DNA of 40,183 bases from a virus (Duplodnaviria > Caudoviricetes): positions 1 through 40,183 of the IMG/VR virus record IMGVR_UViG_3300017544_000286. The stretch is one strand, 5' to 3'. The translations under genes and the position numbers were made by a program. Shown here one piece after another: positions 16,153 through 25,700 of the stretch. Position 1 is the first letter of the stretch. The number at the start of each line of letters is the position of its first letter. The notes beneath the pieces are model-generated. The model was not told the origin of the DNA and ran no database searches. It was given only the letters and a program-made list of their open reading frames with translations.

Positions 16153-16539
16153 GTGGGGGAAAACAGCAAGATCAGCTGGACCGAACAAACGATCGATGTG
16201 CCGATGGTAGGGGGCGTGAAGACGATCGAGGCCCATATCAAGGCGTGGGTCGCAGTTCATCGCGCGATATTGCGCAGTGACCTTTGGGTTCTGACGCATC
16301 TGCCGTCGGGCGGGTTGATGGTCTCCGCGACCGGTGATTTCGCCTCGTTAGGCGACGCCAAACGCGCGGCGGAAATTGTTCTAGAGATCGCGCCCGAATG
16401 CGAACGCTATGGCGCGCGGACTCCTCAATCCGAGATGTTCGCCTCCGTTATCAAAATCCGAGCGGCAATTACGCAGGAATTTGGCGGCCTATCGCGTGTT
16501 GTGCTGGGTGGACCGCTCATTGCGTCGATGGTGCATTGA
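16153..16539 (+). CDS. Hypothetical protein
   Basis: AGGAGG RBS and GTG start; stop overlaps the next ATG. Confidence 0.6.
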   Translation: MGENSKISWTEQTIDVPMVGGVKTIEAHIKAWVAVHRAILRSDLWVLTHLPSGGLMVSATGDFASLGDAKRAAEIVLEIAPECERYGARTPQSEMFASVIKIRAAITQEFGGLSRVVLGGPLIASMVH

Positions 16540-17003
16540 TGAAAGCAATATCGATCCGTCAACCATGGGCCTATGCCATCGTGATGGGTTACAAGCCCGT
16601 CGAGAACCGCAAAGCGCGATGGTCGCTGCGCGGACCCACCTGGATCCATGCCGGTAAGGCCGAGGACGTCAAAAGCTTCGGCTATGTCTTCGATCTGATC
16701 GCGGACCAGACGGGCGCGGCGCTTGCCGACGTGCGCGCCGATTACCATAGCCGCCGCGAAGGCGCTTCGGCCGTTGGCGGCATCGTTGGGATGGCATCGA
16801 TTATCGATTGCGTCCAAGGCCACCCCAGCAAGTGGTGGGCCGGGCCATACGGCCTGCTGATGCGCGATCCCGTGCCGCTGCGCGCGGCCGTGCCGTGTCG
16901 CGGCGAGCTCGCCGCGTTCGACATACCTGACGCCATCGACGAGCGGTGCCGGCGCAACCTGGCCGTCATGCCTTCCTCATCGCAGGGGATGCTTGGACTG
17001 TGA
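16539..17003 (+). CDS. ASCH domain protein
   Basis: MKAISIRQPWAYAIVMGYKPVENR...WIHAG signature. Confidence 0.85.
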   Translation: MKAISIRQPWAYAIVMGYKPVENRKARWSLRGPTWIHAGKAEDVKSFGYVFDLIADQTGAALADVRADYHSRREGASAVGGIVGMASIIDCVQGHPSKWWAGPYGLLMRDPVPLRAAVPCRGELAAFDIPDAIDERCRRNLAVMPSSSQGMLGL

Positions 17004-17869
17004 GCATCAAGGCGATGACATGGGCGTGGGACCAGGATGTCGGAACCGAAACCGAGCTGCTGGTCCTCCTGGCACTCGCCGATCGGGCCAACGATGACGG
17101 TGAAAGCTGTTTTCCCGGCAATCCGGAAGTGGCGCGCAAGGCGCGGGTCAGTGTGCGTTCCGTTCCGCGCATCGCCGACCGGCTCGAAGCGCGCGGTCTG
17201 ATCAAGATCCTGCCGCGCGAAGGCCGCTCGAACGAGTACAAGTTGAACGTCCGTAACGAGGCTTGGCCGGGCCATCAAATGGTGAAGACCCCTGCCACCG
17301 TGTCAGGGGTAGGGGATGACTCCCAGGAGTCAGGGGTATCGGCGGGCGGACCCCTGCCACAGAGTCAGGGGTGCCCTGACTCCCAGGAGTCAGGGGGGGA
17401 TGACTCCCAGGAGTCATACGAACGTCACTTAACATCAAAACATCAGGGCCCGGGCAACGGCGATGCCGTGCCCTCGTCGCCGGTCGGCTCGGCTGGCGAG
17501 GGCCAGCCGACCGGCTCCGAACCGGAAGCGATCAAACCACCTGCGGCGAATGCGGGATGGAAGGCGGTGGCCGACAAGATCCGGTTCTCGTTCACGACAC
17601 GTGATTTCGAAAAGATCATCGAGCCACTGACCGCGATCTGCGATGCGGACGGTGTCCTGACACTGGGTGCGTTGTCGGACCAGCATGTCGATCAGTTCTC
17701 AGCGGCCAAGGCGCTGGATGGAAGGTCTGCCAGGCAGGTGCTTGCCGATCTGCTTGGCCGGCAGATCGAGGTTCGTGTCTGGACCGAGGTTACGCCGGAG
17801 GCTCGGCAACGAGCGTCCGCGCAACGCCGATCCAAGCGACTGATGGGCAGACGGGAGCAGGCGGCATGA
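17000..17869 (+). CDS. Phage replication initiator (N-terminal winged HTH)
   Basis: SIKAMTWAW...LVLLALADRANDDGESCFP pattern; iterons in a central low-complexity linker. Confidence 0.85.
   Translation: MSIKAMTWAWDQDVGTETELLVLLALADRANDDGESCFPGNPEVARKARVSVRSVPRIADRLEARGLIKILPREGRSNEYKLNVRNEAWPGHQMVKTPATVSGVGDDSQESGVSAGGPLPQSQGCPDSQESGGDDSQESYERHLTSKHQGPGNGDAVPSSPVGSAGEGQPTGSEPEAIKPPAANAGWKAVADKIRFSFTTRDFEKIIEPLTAICDADGVLTLGALSDQHVDQFSAAKALDGRSARQVLADLLGRQIEVRVWTEVTPEARQRASAQRRSKRLMGRREQAA
17288..17416. repeat. Iteron array, putative phage replication origin
   Basis: Five related palindromic units (3x TGACTCCCAGGAGTCA, 2x ACCCCTGCCAC..GTCAGGGGT) inside the initiator gene, followed by an A-rich stretch. 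Confidence 0.8.
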
Positions 17870-18360
17870 AGTTATGGTACGTCGTCGAATGCATCGCGAG
17901 ACAGGAACGCAAGGCCGTGGCTGCGCTATTGGCCGAGGGCTACCAACATACGCTGCTGCCGATGTGCAAATCGTGGGAATACAAGCGGTCGTGGGAGGAG
18001 CAGCCATGGTTCCCTCGCTATCTCTTCGTCAACTGCGAGCAGTATGGCCGCAAGCCCGGCCGTGACACGCGCAATGGTATCGTTGGTCTGCTTCGTTTTG
18101 GTGATTCGCTCGGAATTGTCTCCGACGAGGTGATCGCTGCCATACGCGCTCGCCTGAAGGAAGAAGGCGGATGCATCGTGCTCAATCGCCGCGCCTATTA
18201 TCGAAATGGGCAGAAACTCGCCATTTCGGACGGGCCGTTCGCCGGTCATGAAGGTTTGTTCGTGCGCTCAGCGCAGCATCGAAGCGCGGCCCTACTTGAC
18301 CTGATCGGAAAATCCATGCGAGTTCGTATACCAGTCGAAGCCGTCCGAGCCGTGTCGTAA
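17866..18360 (+). CDS. NusG/RfaH-like antitermination factor (late regulator)
   Basis: WYVVEC...PWFPRYLFV NGN domain and ISDGPFAGHEG KOW motif; occupies the lambda Q position. Confidence 0.85.
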   Translation: MKLWYVVECIARQERKAVAALLAEGYQHTLLPMCKSWEYKRSWEEQPWFPRYLFVNCEQYGRKPGRDTRNGIVGLLRFGDSLGIVSDEVIAAIRARLKEEGGCIVLNRRAYYRNGQKLAISDGPFAGHEGLFVRSAQHRSAALLDLIGKSMRVRIPVEAVRAVS

Positions 18361-18382
18361 ATCTGCTCTGGATGGGCAGCGC

Positions 18383-18721
18383 ATGTCTAAGCGACTTCAA
18401 TCCCGACATCAAAAGCTCAAACCCTCAACGAGGGTGAAGGTCGCGCAACCGGCCAAGAGGGCCGATCCCTTTTACCTGTCGCCTGAATGGCGTGCATTGA
18501 TGGATCGATTGATCGCTGAGCGTGGTCGGCGATGCCAAGACCCCGAGTGCAACACACCCAACCGTGTGCCATCCCGCATCTTCGGCGATCACATCATCGA
18601 ACGTCGTGATGGCGGCGCTGATCTAGACCCAAGCAACGTGCTGTTGCGCTGCGGTTCCTGTCACACCCGCAAGACGGCCCAGGCCCGCGCCCAGCGTGTG
18701 GCATTTAGGCCGCAGGGGTAG
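18383..18721 (+). CDS. Packaging-associated HNH endonuclease
   Basis: FYLSPEWR, DHIIERRDGG...NVLLRCGSCHTRKT; directly upstream of terminase. Confidence 0.88.
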   Translation: MSKRLQSRHQKLKPSTRVKVAQPAKRADPFYLSPEWRALMDRLIAERGRRCQDPECNTPNRVPSRIFGDHIIERRDGGADLDPSNVLLRCGSCHTRKTAQARAQRVAFRPQG

Positions 18722-18850
18722 GGGGGGTCAAATCTCTGCCGATGGGTCGGTCCTCAACCGCTTTGGGGTCACGCGCAGAAAAAATTTCCTCCGCTGAACG
18801 TTTGAATATTCAAACGGAAATCAGATGAATTCAAATCAATCAAATCCTGA
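18715..18850 (+). other. Putative cos / terminase-binding region
   Basis: G-run then TCAAATCTCT between HNH and terS; perfect 18-bp palindrome at 18799-18816; repeated AAATC. Confidence 0.5.
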
Positions 18851-19460
18851 TGCGGCCCCGGTGAAAAAGGGGCGTGGCGGTGCCCGTCCGGGTGCCGGTC
18901 GTAAGCCGAAGAAGGCGAAGACCGGATCGCAGCTATCGGATCTGGACCTGGCGGCGGTCGCCGCCGCTCCGGTTCCGGATGCGATCGAAACTGTGACGCA
19001 GCCCAAGGCGCGCGCGATGGTCGATCAGCTCGTGAAGATCATGCGCCACGGCAAGAGCGATACGTCGCGCGTCAACGCCTGCAACAAGATCCTCGATCGC
19101 GGTTACGGCAAGCCGACGACCGAAGCCGCCGGGTTCCAGCAGCTGCCGCTCTTCGGCGCCGGCATCTCGGCGCCGCTAGCCAGCGAGCTGCGCGACCTCT
19201 GCCGCGAGCAGGCAACCGAAGCCGTCGAGACGCTGAAGTTCATCGCCGAGAATTCCGAGAGTGAGTCCGCCCGCGTAAATGCGGCGGCCTCGATCATCGA
19301 CCGGTCCGCCGGCTCCGTCGCGATCGCGAAGCTGCCGCAGGGGATCTCGTCCCGGCCGGTGGGTAAGCGCGAGGAGGCCCAGGTCGCTGCCGCGGGTGCC
19401 GCCACCGGCAAATTCGCGACGCCGCGGCCGCCGCGCAGCCATAGCGTGGGTCTACATTGA
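18825..19460 (+). CDS. terS: Terminase small subunit (putative)
   Basis: GGARPGAGRKP N-terminal motif; C-terminal VGKREEAQ...GKFATPRPP; directly precedes terL. Confidence 0.7.
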   Translation: MNSNQSNPDAAPVKKGRGGARPGAGRKPKKAKTGSQLSDLDLAAVAAAPVPDAIETVTQPKARAMVDQLVKIMRHGKSDTSRVNACNKILDRGYGKPTTEAAGFQQLPLFGAGISAPLASELRDLCREQATEAVETLKFIAENSESESARVNAAASIIDRSAGSVAIAKLPQGISSRPVGKREEAQVAAAGAATGKFATPRPPRSHSVGLH

Positions 19461-21166
19461 CACGGCCGGTCTGGTCGACGGCGTGCCCTGATTGGGAACA
19501 GCGCATCGTCGAAGGGCGGTCGCTGATCCCCTTCGCGCCGCTGTTTCCGGAGGAGGCCAAGGCCGCGCTGGAAGTTTTCAACGACCTAAAGGTTGTCGAT
19601 CTGCCGGGCCGGCCCAAGGTTGGCGAGGTCTCGCGCCGTTGGACCACGGATTTCGTGGAGGCGATCTTCGGAGCATACGACCCAGACTCCGGCGAACGCC
19701 TGATCAAGTTCTTCTTCCAGCAGGTCGCCAAGAAGAACTCGAAGAGCACGACCGCCGGTGGCATGATGACCACGGCCCTGATCAGGAACTGGCGCGAAAC
19801 GGCCGAACTGTTCGTTCTGGCGCCCACCAAGGAAGTCGCGGACAACTCCTACGGCCCAGCTGCCAATATGGTCCGCGCCGATGAGGAGCTGGGCAAGCTC
19901 CTGCACGTACAGGATCACAAGCGCACCATCACGCACCGCAACACCGACGCGACGCTGCGGATCATCGCGGCCGACAGCGAAACGGTTTCCGGCAAGAAAA
20001 CCTGCGCGCTGCTGGTCGATGAGTTGTGGCTTTTCGGCAAGATGAGCCGGGCCGAGGGTATGCTTCGCGAGATCATCGGCGGTCTCGCGGCTCGTCCGGA
20101 AGGCTTCGTTGCCTTCCTGACCACCCAATCGGACGCTCCGCCCGCCGGTGTCTATGCGCAGCAGCTCGAAAAGTTTCGCGCCATCCGCGACGGCAAGTTC
20201 GACGACCCGACCTCGCTCGCCCAGATCTATGAATATCCGCAAAGCCTCCTGAAGCAGGAGGCCTGGCGCGACCGCAAATACTGGCATATCCCCAACCCCA
20301 ATCTGGGGGCATCGGTCGACGAGACGTTCCTGGCGATCCAGTTCGCCGAGGCCGAACGCAACGGCAAGGCATCGCTGATCAATTATCTGGCGAAGCACCA
20401 GAACGTTCAGATCGGCCAGGCGCTGCGCGCGAACGGTTGGGCGGGTGCCGAAGTCTGGGAACGCGGCATCGATAAATCGCTGACGCTTGAAACGCTGCTT
20501 GAGCGCTCCGAAGTCGTGACGATGGGTGTCGACGGCGGCGGTCTGGACGATCTTCTCGGCATCGGCCTGATCGGCCGTGAGCGCGGTACCAAGCGCTGGC
20601 TCGGCTGGATGCATGCATTCATTTCGGACATCGGGATGGAGCGCCGCAAGGCGAACGCGGAACACTACGACGCGTTCGAGAAAGCGGGCGATCTCACGAA
20701 GTTCAAATACATCGCGGCAGAGCCGGGCGACACGCCCGCTCAACAGTATGCGGAAAATATCCGTTACATCGTGGATCTCGCCGTGCGCTGCCGCGACCTC
20801 GGTTTACTCGCTATGGCGGGCGTCGATGCCGCCGGCATCGGTGCCATCGTCGATGCGCTCGCCGAAGTCGGCATCACCCAGGACGCCGGCAACCTCGATG
20901 CGGTTCGTCAAGGCATCGCGCTCATGGGTGCCATCAAGACACTCGAAATCAAGCTCGCCGACGGCACCTTCAAACATGGTGGTCAACCGATGGCGAGTTG
21001 GTGCGCCGGCAATGCGGTTGTGGTGCAGACGCCGACCGCCATGCGCATCGCGCGCGATGAATCCGGGTTCGGGAAAGTCGATCCTCTGATGGCGCTATTC
21101 AACGCCGCACACCTGATGAGCCTCAATCCTGAGGCCTCGGGCAAGTCTTTCTGGGAAGCAGCTTAG
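19457..21166 (+). CDS. terL: Terminase large subunit
   Basis: Walker A-like VAKKNSKST, Walker B LLVDE, nuclease GVDGGGLDD and KVDPLMA. Confidence 0.93.
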   Translation: MTRPVWSTACPDWEQRIVEGRSLIPFAPLFPEEAKAALEVFNDLKVVDLPGRPKVGEVSRRWTTDFVEAIFGAYDPDSGERLIKFFFQQVAKKNSKSTTAGGMMTTALIRNWRETAELFVLAPTKEVADNSYGPAANMVRADEELGKLLHVQDHKRTITHRNTDATLRIIAADSETVSGKKTCALLVDELWLFGKMSRAEGMLREIIGGLAARPEGFVAFLTTQSDAPPAGVYAQQLEKFRAIRDGKFDDPTSLAQIYEYPQSLLKQEAWRDRKYWHIPNPNLGASVDETFLAIQFAEAERNGKASLINYLAKHQNVQIGQALRANGWAGAEVWERGIDKSLTLETLLERSEVVTMGVDGGGLDDLLGIGLIGRERGTKRWLGWMHAFISDIGMERRKANAEHYDAFEKAGDLTKFKYIAAEPGDTPAQQYAENIRYIVDLAVRCRDLGLLAMAGVDAAGIGAIVDALAEVGITQDAGNLDAVRQGIALMGAIKTLEIKLADGTFKHGGQPMASWCAGNAVVVQTPTAMRIARDESGFGKVDPLMALFNAAHLMSLNPEASGKSFWEAA

Positions 21167-21178
21167 GATCTGATAGAC

Positions 21179-22438
21179 ATGGGCTTCTTCCAACGTTGGT
21201 TTGACCGCTCGGTCAAGAACTCGACGCTCGATCTGTTTCGCCAGATCTATGGCGGCCGTGAATCGCATTCGGGAATCACCGTTAATCTGAACACGGCCTT
21301 GGAAGACGATACCGTCTTCGCGTGTTGCCGGGTCCTGATGGATGGTGTTGCCCAGGTTCCGCAGCATCTGATCCGGGAGGTCGACAATCGTCGCGCCGTG
21401 GCGGTGGACGATCCTCTCGATGATCTTCTCAATCGCCGACCAAACGCATGGCAGACCAGCTTTGAATTCCGTGAAACGCAGATGCTCCATCTGCTGCTCG
21501 ACGGTAACTTCTATGCCTTTGTCAACCGGGTCGGCCGTACCCGCGAGATCCGCGAGATTGTGCCGCTTGAGCCTCATCGCGTCCGTGTGACGCGCAAATC
21601 GGACTTCACGCTCGAATATGAGGTTCGCGCGGACGACGGGTCCTCACGGACGTTTGCGCCAGATGCGATCTGGCACGTGCGGGGGCCGTCCTGGAATTCC
21701 TGGATGGGGCTGCATGCGATCAAGATGGCGCGCAATGCCATCGGCCTATCGGCCGCGCTCGAGCAGGGACAATCAGAGTTCCAGAAGAACGGCGCGCAAG
21801 GTAGCGCGGTTTTGTCTGTCGAGGACAGGCTCGACAAGGCTCAGTTCGAGAAACTTTCCGCCTGGATCGACCGTCATCAGCTCGGCGGCGATCGTTACGG
21901 TAAGCCGTTTATCGTTGATCGAAATGGCAAGTTGATGAACGCGGCAATGACCGGTGTCGACCAGCAATTGCTGGAAACCCGCCGGAACCAGGTCGAAGCT
22001 ATTTGCCGGCGCTTCCGTGTCATGCCTCTGATGATCGGACATCCTGCCGATATGGCGGCCCGTGCGGCGACGGACTCCATTTTTCAGATGCACGTCGTGC
22101 ATTCGCTGATGCCCTGGTATCAGCGCATCGAGCAGAGTGCCGATGTGCAACTGCTGTCCGATGAACAACGTCGCTCCGGAAACTATGTAAAGCTCAACGC
22201 CAATGCGTTGATGCGCGGCAACGCCAAGGATCGCGCCGAATATTACGCGAAGGCCTTGGGATCCGGCGGCACCAAGGGCTGGATGACACAGAACGAGGTT
22301 CGCGCGCTCGAAGACATCGACCGCAGCGACGATCCCAAGGCGGACGAACTCCCACAGCCAACTGCAAAAGAATCCGCAAACGGCTTGCGGCCCAAGGCGG
22401 ACACGGAGCCGGATCCCGACGACGAGGAATCACCATGA
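21179..22438 (+). CDS. HK97-family portal protein
   Basis: RPNAWQTSFEF, LLLDGNFYA, WMTQNEVRALED. Confidence 0.93.
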   Translation: MGFFQRWFDRSVKNSTLDLFRQIYGGRESHSGITVNLNTALEDDTVFACCRVLMDGVAQVPQHLIREVDNRRAVAVDDPLDDLLNRRPNAWQTSFEFRETQMLHLLLDGNFYAFVNRVGRTREIREIVPLEPHRVRVTRKSDFTLEYEVRADDGSSRTFAPDAIWHVRGPSWNSWMGLHAIKMARNAIGLSAALEQGQSEFQKNGAQGSAVLSVEDRLDKAQFEKLSAWIDRHQLGGDRYGKPFIVDRNGKLMNAAMTGVDQQLLETRRNQVEAICRRFRVMPLMIGHPADMAARAATDSIFQMHVVHSLMPWYQRIEQSADVQLLSDEQRRSGNYVKLNANALMRGNAKDRAEYYAKALGSGGTKGWMTQNEVRALEDIDRSDDPKADELPQPTAKESANGLRPKADTEPDPDDEESP

Positions 22439-23133
22439 AACAAGAAATCTTCCGCACGGATGGTGTCGAATTCAAGTTCGCCGAGCAGGACGACGCGATG
22501 ACGTTCTCCGGCTACGGCGCTCGTTTCGGCAATGTGGATTCCTACGGTGATGTGATTGCGCCTGGCGCCTTCGCGAAAACGCTCAAGGAAGCCAAATCGT
22601 CAGGCAACTGGCCGGCGATGTTGCTGCAACACGGGTCGTTCCTGGGTGGCGACGATAACATGCCGGTCGGGGTCTGGACCGAAATGCGTGAGGACGAAAA
22701 GGGCCTCCACGTCGAGGGGCGACTGGCATCGACTCAGCGCGGAAGGGACGCATACACGCTGCTCAAGATGCAGCCGCGTCCCGCCATTAGCGGCATGTCG
22801 ATCGGATATCGCGCGGTCGAATGGACGATGCGCAGCAAGCCGGAAGAACCGCGTCGCACGCTCAAGACGGTCGATTTGTTCGAGGTCTCGCTTGTCACCT
22901 TTCCCGCCAATTCGCGCGCGCGAGTGGAACAGGTGAAGGCCTGCGAAGACATCAAGACCATTCGCGAATTCGAGGACTTCCTACGGGATGTGGGCGGTTT
23001 CTCGCACGCCGCCGCCAAGGCGATCGCCGCCGGCGGCTTCAAGTCGGCGGACCCTCGGGATGAGGACGCGACGTTTGCTGCGCTTGCCGATCAGGTGAAG
23101 CGCAATATCCAAACCCTCACCCTGAAGGATTGA
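22435..23133 (+). CDS. HK97-family prohead protease
   Basis: FSGYGARFGNVDSYGDVI, MLLQH, GMSIGY, LFEVSLVTFPAN. Confidence 0.93.
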   Translation: MKQEIFRTDGVEFKFAEQDDAMTFSGYGARFGNVDSYGDVIAPGAFAKTLKEAKSSGNWPAMLLQHGSFLGGDDNMPVGVWTEMREDEKGLHVEGRLASTQRGRDAYTLLKMQPRPAISGMSIGYRAVEWTMRSKPEEPRRTLKTVDLFEVSLVTFPANSRARVEQVKACEDIKTIREFEDFLRDVGGFSHAAAKAIAAGGFKSADPRDEDATFAALADQVKRNIQTLTLKD

Positions 23134-23135
23134 AC

Positions 23136-24461
23136 ATGGAGATCACCGAGATCAAGAACCTGCTGGACAAGCAGGGCCAGGCTTTCGAGGCGTTCAAGGA
23201 AACGCACGCTGAGCTGAAGAAGAACGATGCGCTGACGGCCGAAAAGCTCGAACGCATCGAAAAATCGCTGGACGGCGCTGTCGAGGCGAAGGCGAAGCTC
23301 GAAGCCGCGATCGATGCTGAGCGCAAGGAGCGCGAGGATTTTGAACTGCGCATCAATCGCATGGGCGTCAAGGCGACCGGCGAGGAAGAAGCCAAACGAG
23401 AGCTGTTCCTCAAGGAGATGAACCATTCGCTGGCGGCGCTCAATGGCGATCGCAAGCGTGCGTTCACGCCGCTCGATCAGAAGGGCTACGATGAATATCG
23501 CGCCGCCCAGGTGAAAATGTTCCGCGAGGGCAAGGAAAGCCTCACGGCGGACGAGGTTAAGACGCTCTCCGTCGGGTCGGACTCTGATGGCGGCTATTTC
23601 GTGACGCCCGACACGTCGGGACGGATCGTCACCAAGGTGTACGAAACCTCGAATATCCGCCAGATCGCCAATGTTCAGACGATTTCGAGCGACAGCCACG
23701 AAGGTATCGAGGATCTGGACGAAGCCGGCGCCGGCTATGCCGACGAGCGGACGACTCCCGGCAACACCGACACGCCCGAGATTGGCAAATGGAAAATCCC
23801 CGTCTATTGGATCGATACCGAACCGAAGGTGACGCAGCAGCTGCTTGATGATGCCGTCGTCGACGTCGAGGCCTGGCTCAGCGGCAAGGTCGGCGCAAAA
23901 TTCGGCCGTTTCGAGAACAATCAGTTCGTCGTTGGAGGTGAAAAGATCCGGGGTTTCACGGGCTACACAACGGCCGCGGACGACGGCACTGGTGTGGACT
24001 GGGGCGAGATCGGCTATGTGGCGACGGGGCAGAGCGGCGATTTCCCGTCATCGAACCCGGCCGACAAGATCCTGGATCTGATCGGTTTGCTGAAGGATGC
24101 GTATCTGCCGAATGCGCGCTTCGTCACCCGTCGTTCGGTCGTGACGAAGATCCGCAAGTTCAAGGATGGTACGACCAACGCCTATCTCTGGCAGCCGTCG
24201 TTCGTGCTCGGAAATCCCGAAACGATCGCCGGTTATCCCCTCACCCGCGCGGAGGACATGCCGGCACTGGCGTCGAATTCGATGTCGCTCGGCTTTGGCG
24301 ACTTCCGCGAGGGCTATCAGGTCGTCGACCGCATCGGCATCCGCGTGCTGCGCGACCCGTTCACCGCCAAACCGTATATCAAATTCTATACCACCAAGCG
24401 TGTCGGTGGTGGCGTGATCAACTTCGAGGCGATCAAGCTGCTAAAGTTCGGCACGTCCTAA
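23136..24461 (+). CDS. Major capsid protein, HK97 fold
   Basis: Coiled-coil delta domain, DGGYFVTP, YLWQPS, FGDFREGY, FYTTKRVGGGV. Confidence 0.95.
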   Translation: MEITEIKNLLDKQGQAFEAFKETHAELKKNDALTAEKLERIEKSLDGAVEAKAKLEAAIDAERKEREDFELRINRMGVKATGEEEAKRELFLKEMNHSLAALNGDRKRAFTPLDQKGYDEYRAAQVKMFREGKESLTADEVKTLSVGSDSDGGYFVTPDTSGRIVTKVYETSNIRQIANVQTISSDSHEGIEDLDEAGAGYADERTTPGNTDTPEIGKWKIPVYWIDTEPKVTQQLLDDAVVDVEAWLSGKVGAKFGRFENNQFVVGGEKIRGFTGYTTAADDGTGVDWGEIGYVATGQSGDFPSSNPADKILDLIGLLKDAYLPNARFVTRRSVVTKIRKFKDGTTNAYLWQPSFVLGNPETIAGYPLTRAEDMPALASNSMSLGFGDFREGYQVVDRIGIRVLRDPFTAKPYIKFYTTKRVGGGVINFEAIKLLKFGTS

Positions 24462-24493
24462 TCCGATAGATCCGCGGATATCCCGCTTGATCA

Positions 24494-24521
24494 TGAAGGC
24501 GGCATTGTTCTGCCGCCTTCA
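24494..24521 (+). terminator. Stem-loop after the capsid gene (terminator or RNA stabiliser)
   Basis: 11-bp stem TGAAGGCGGCA/TGCCGCCTTCA with a 6-nt loop; weak U-tract. Confidence 0.5.
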
Positions 24522-24554
24522 ATTCTCCTGCTTCCAGAACAAGGATTTTCAGAT

Positions 24555-24989
24555 ATGCATGGCCTTCTGAAGAATGCCGAAATCCGTGTCGTGGGGAATC
24601 CGGTGTCCGCCGGTTCCAGCATCGACAGCAATTCGTCCCGCATCGATATGGCTGGTTATGAATCGGTCATGTTCGTCGCGCCGATCACCGACTCGGTCGC
24701 CACCGGCGTCGCTACCTTGACGGTCGAGCAAAACGACGCCGACAGCGACGCCGGTATGACCGCCGTGACCGACTCCGCGGCCACCAAGACCAGTGCGGTT
24801 GACGACGATATCAACAACACGGCCTTGGTCTCCGAACTTTTCAAACCGAACAAGCGTTATGTCCAGGCGGTGCGCACCTCCGCGACGGCGAATATCGCCT
24901 ACGGCAGCGTGATTGCCGTCCTGGTTCCGCTTCGCAAGCCCGCGGTTCAGGGCGATACCGTTGCGGATTCGTCTCAGGTCTCCAACTAG
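24555..24989 (+). CDS. Virion protein (possible head decoration)
   Basis: 144 aa beta-rich ORF directly after the capsid gene. Confidence 0.65.
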   Translation: MHGLLKNAEIRVVGNPVSAGSSIDSNSSRIDMAGYESVMFVAPITDSVATGVATLTVEQNDADSDAGMTAVTDSAATKTSAVDDDINNTALVSELFKPNKRYVQAVRTSATANIAYGSVIAVLVPLRKPAVQGDTVADSSQVSN

Positions 24990-25038
24990 GCCGGCCGGCG
25001 GGGGCGCGTGCGCTCCCGCCCTTCCTTCAAGGTGCTGA

Positions 25039-25695
25039 ATGCGCTCGATCCTCACTGTCACGGCCGCGACCGAAGACCGCCAGTTGTTGAGCATCGAGGA
25101 GATGCGCGCGGCGGCCGGTCTTGAGGACGATGATTCCAGTCAGGATGATGTCTTGGAAGCGATGGGGCTGCGCGTGGCCGATTCCATCATGGCGGAATGC
25201 AATATCGTCGTCGGCGGCGGCTCGATCTATCCGACGCTTTGGCGCGAAACACTGTCCGAATCATTCTGGCGTCTCCGCGACCACAACCTGATGCTGTCTC
25301 GGCGTCACGCTATCGAGATTTCATCGATTGTCGCCGATGACGAAACGTTGGGCGAAGGCGATTTCGAGGTCGATCCGGAAAGCGGGATCGTCATGCGGCT
25401 ATGCGGCGACGAGCCGATCCGCTGGTGTGCGACCAGGGTAGTCGTAACTTACGATGCCGGGTTCGAGGAATTGCCCGACGATCTCCGGTCCGCAGCGCTC
25501 GAATTTTTCCGCTTGATGTGGCGCGAGGACGATCGCGATCCGGCACTGAAGACTGAGGAAATCGATATCCCGGGCGTGCGCAATGTGCGCCGCGATTATT
25601 GGGTGGGTTCCGTTCCAGGTCAATCGAGCGAGGGCGCGGTCCCGGCGATCGTCGCCGGCCAACTCAAGCGCTATCGCAATCTCGTCATCGGCTGA
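25039..25695 (+). CDS. Head-tail connector (adaptor)
   Basis: LLSIEEMRAA...VTYDAGF..LPDDLRSA pattern and synteny. Confidence 0.7.
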   Translation: MRSILTVTAATEDRQLLSIEEMRAAAGLEDDDSSQDDVLEAMGLRVADSIMAECNIVVGGGSIYPTLWRETLSESFWRLRDHNLMLSRRHAIEISSIVADDETLGEGDFEVDPESGIVMRLCGDEPIRWCATRVVVTYDAGFEELPDDLRSAALEFFRLMWREDDRDPALKTEEIDIPGVRNVRRDYWVGSVPGQSSEGAVPAIVAGQLKRYRNLVIG

Positions 25696-25700
25696 TCACG

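Noticed and set aside
17288-17416. Mini CRISPR array
   Set aside because: Units are nearly adjacent without unique spacers, lie in a coding region and have no cas genes; iterons fit better.
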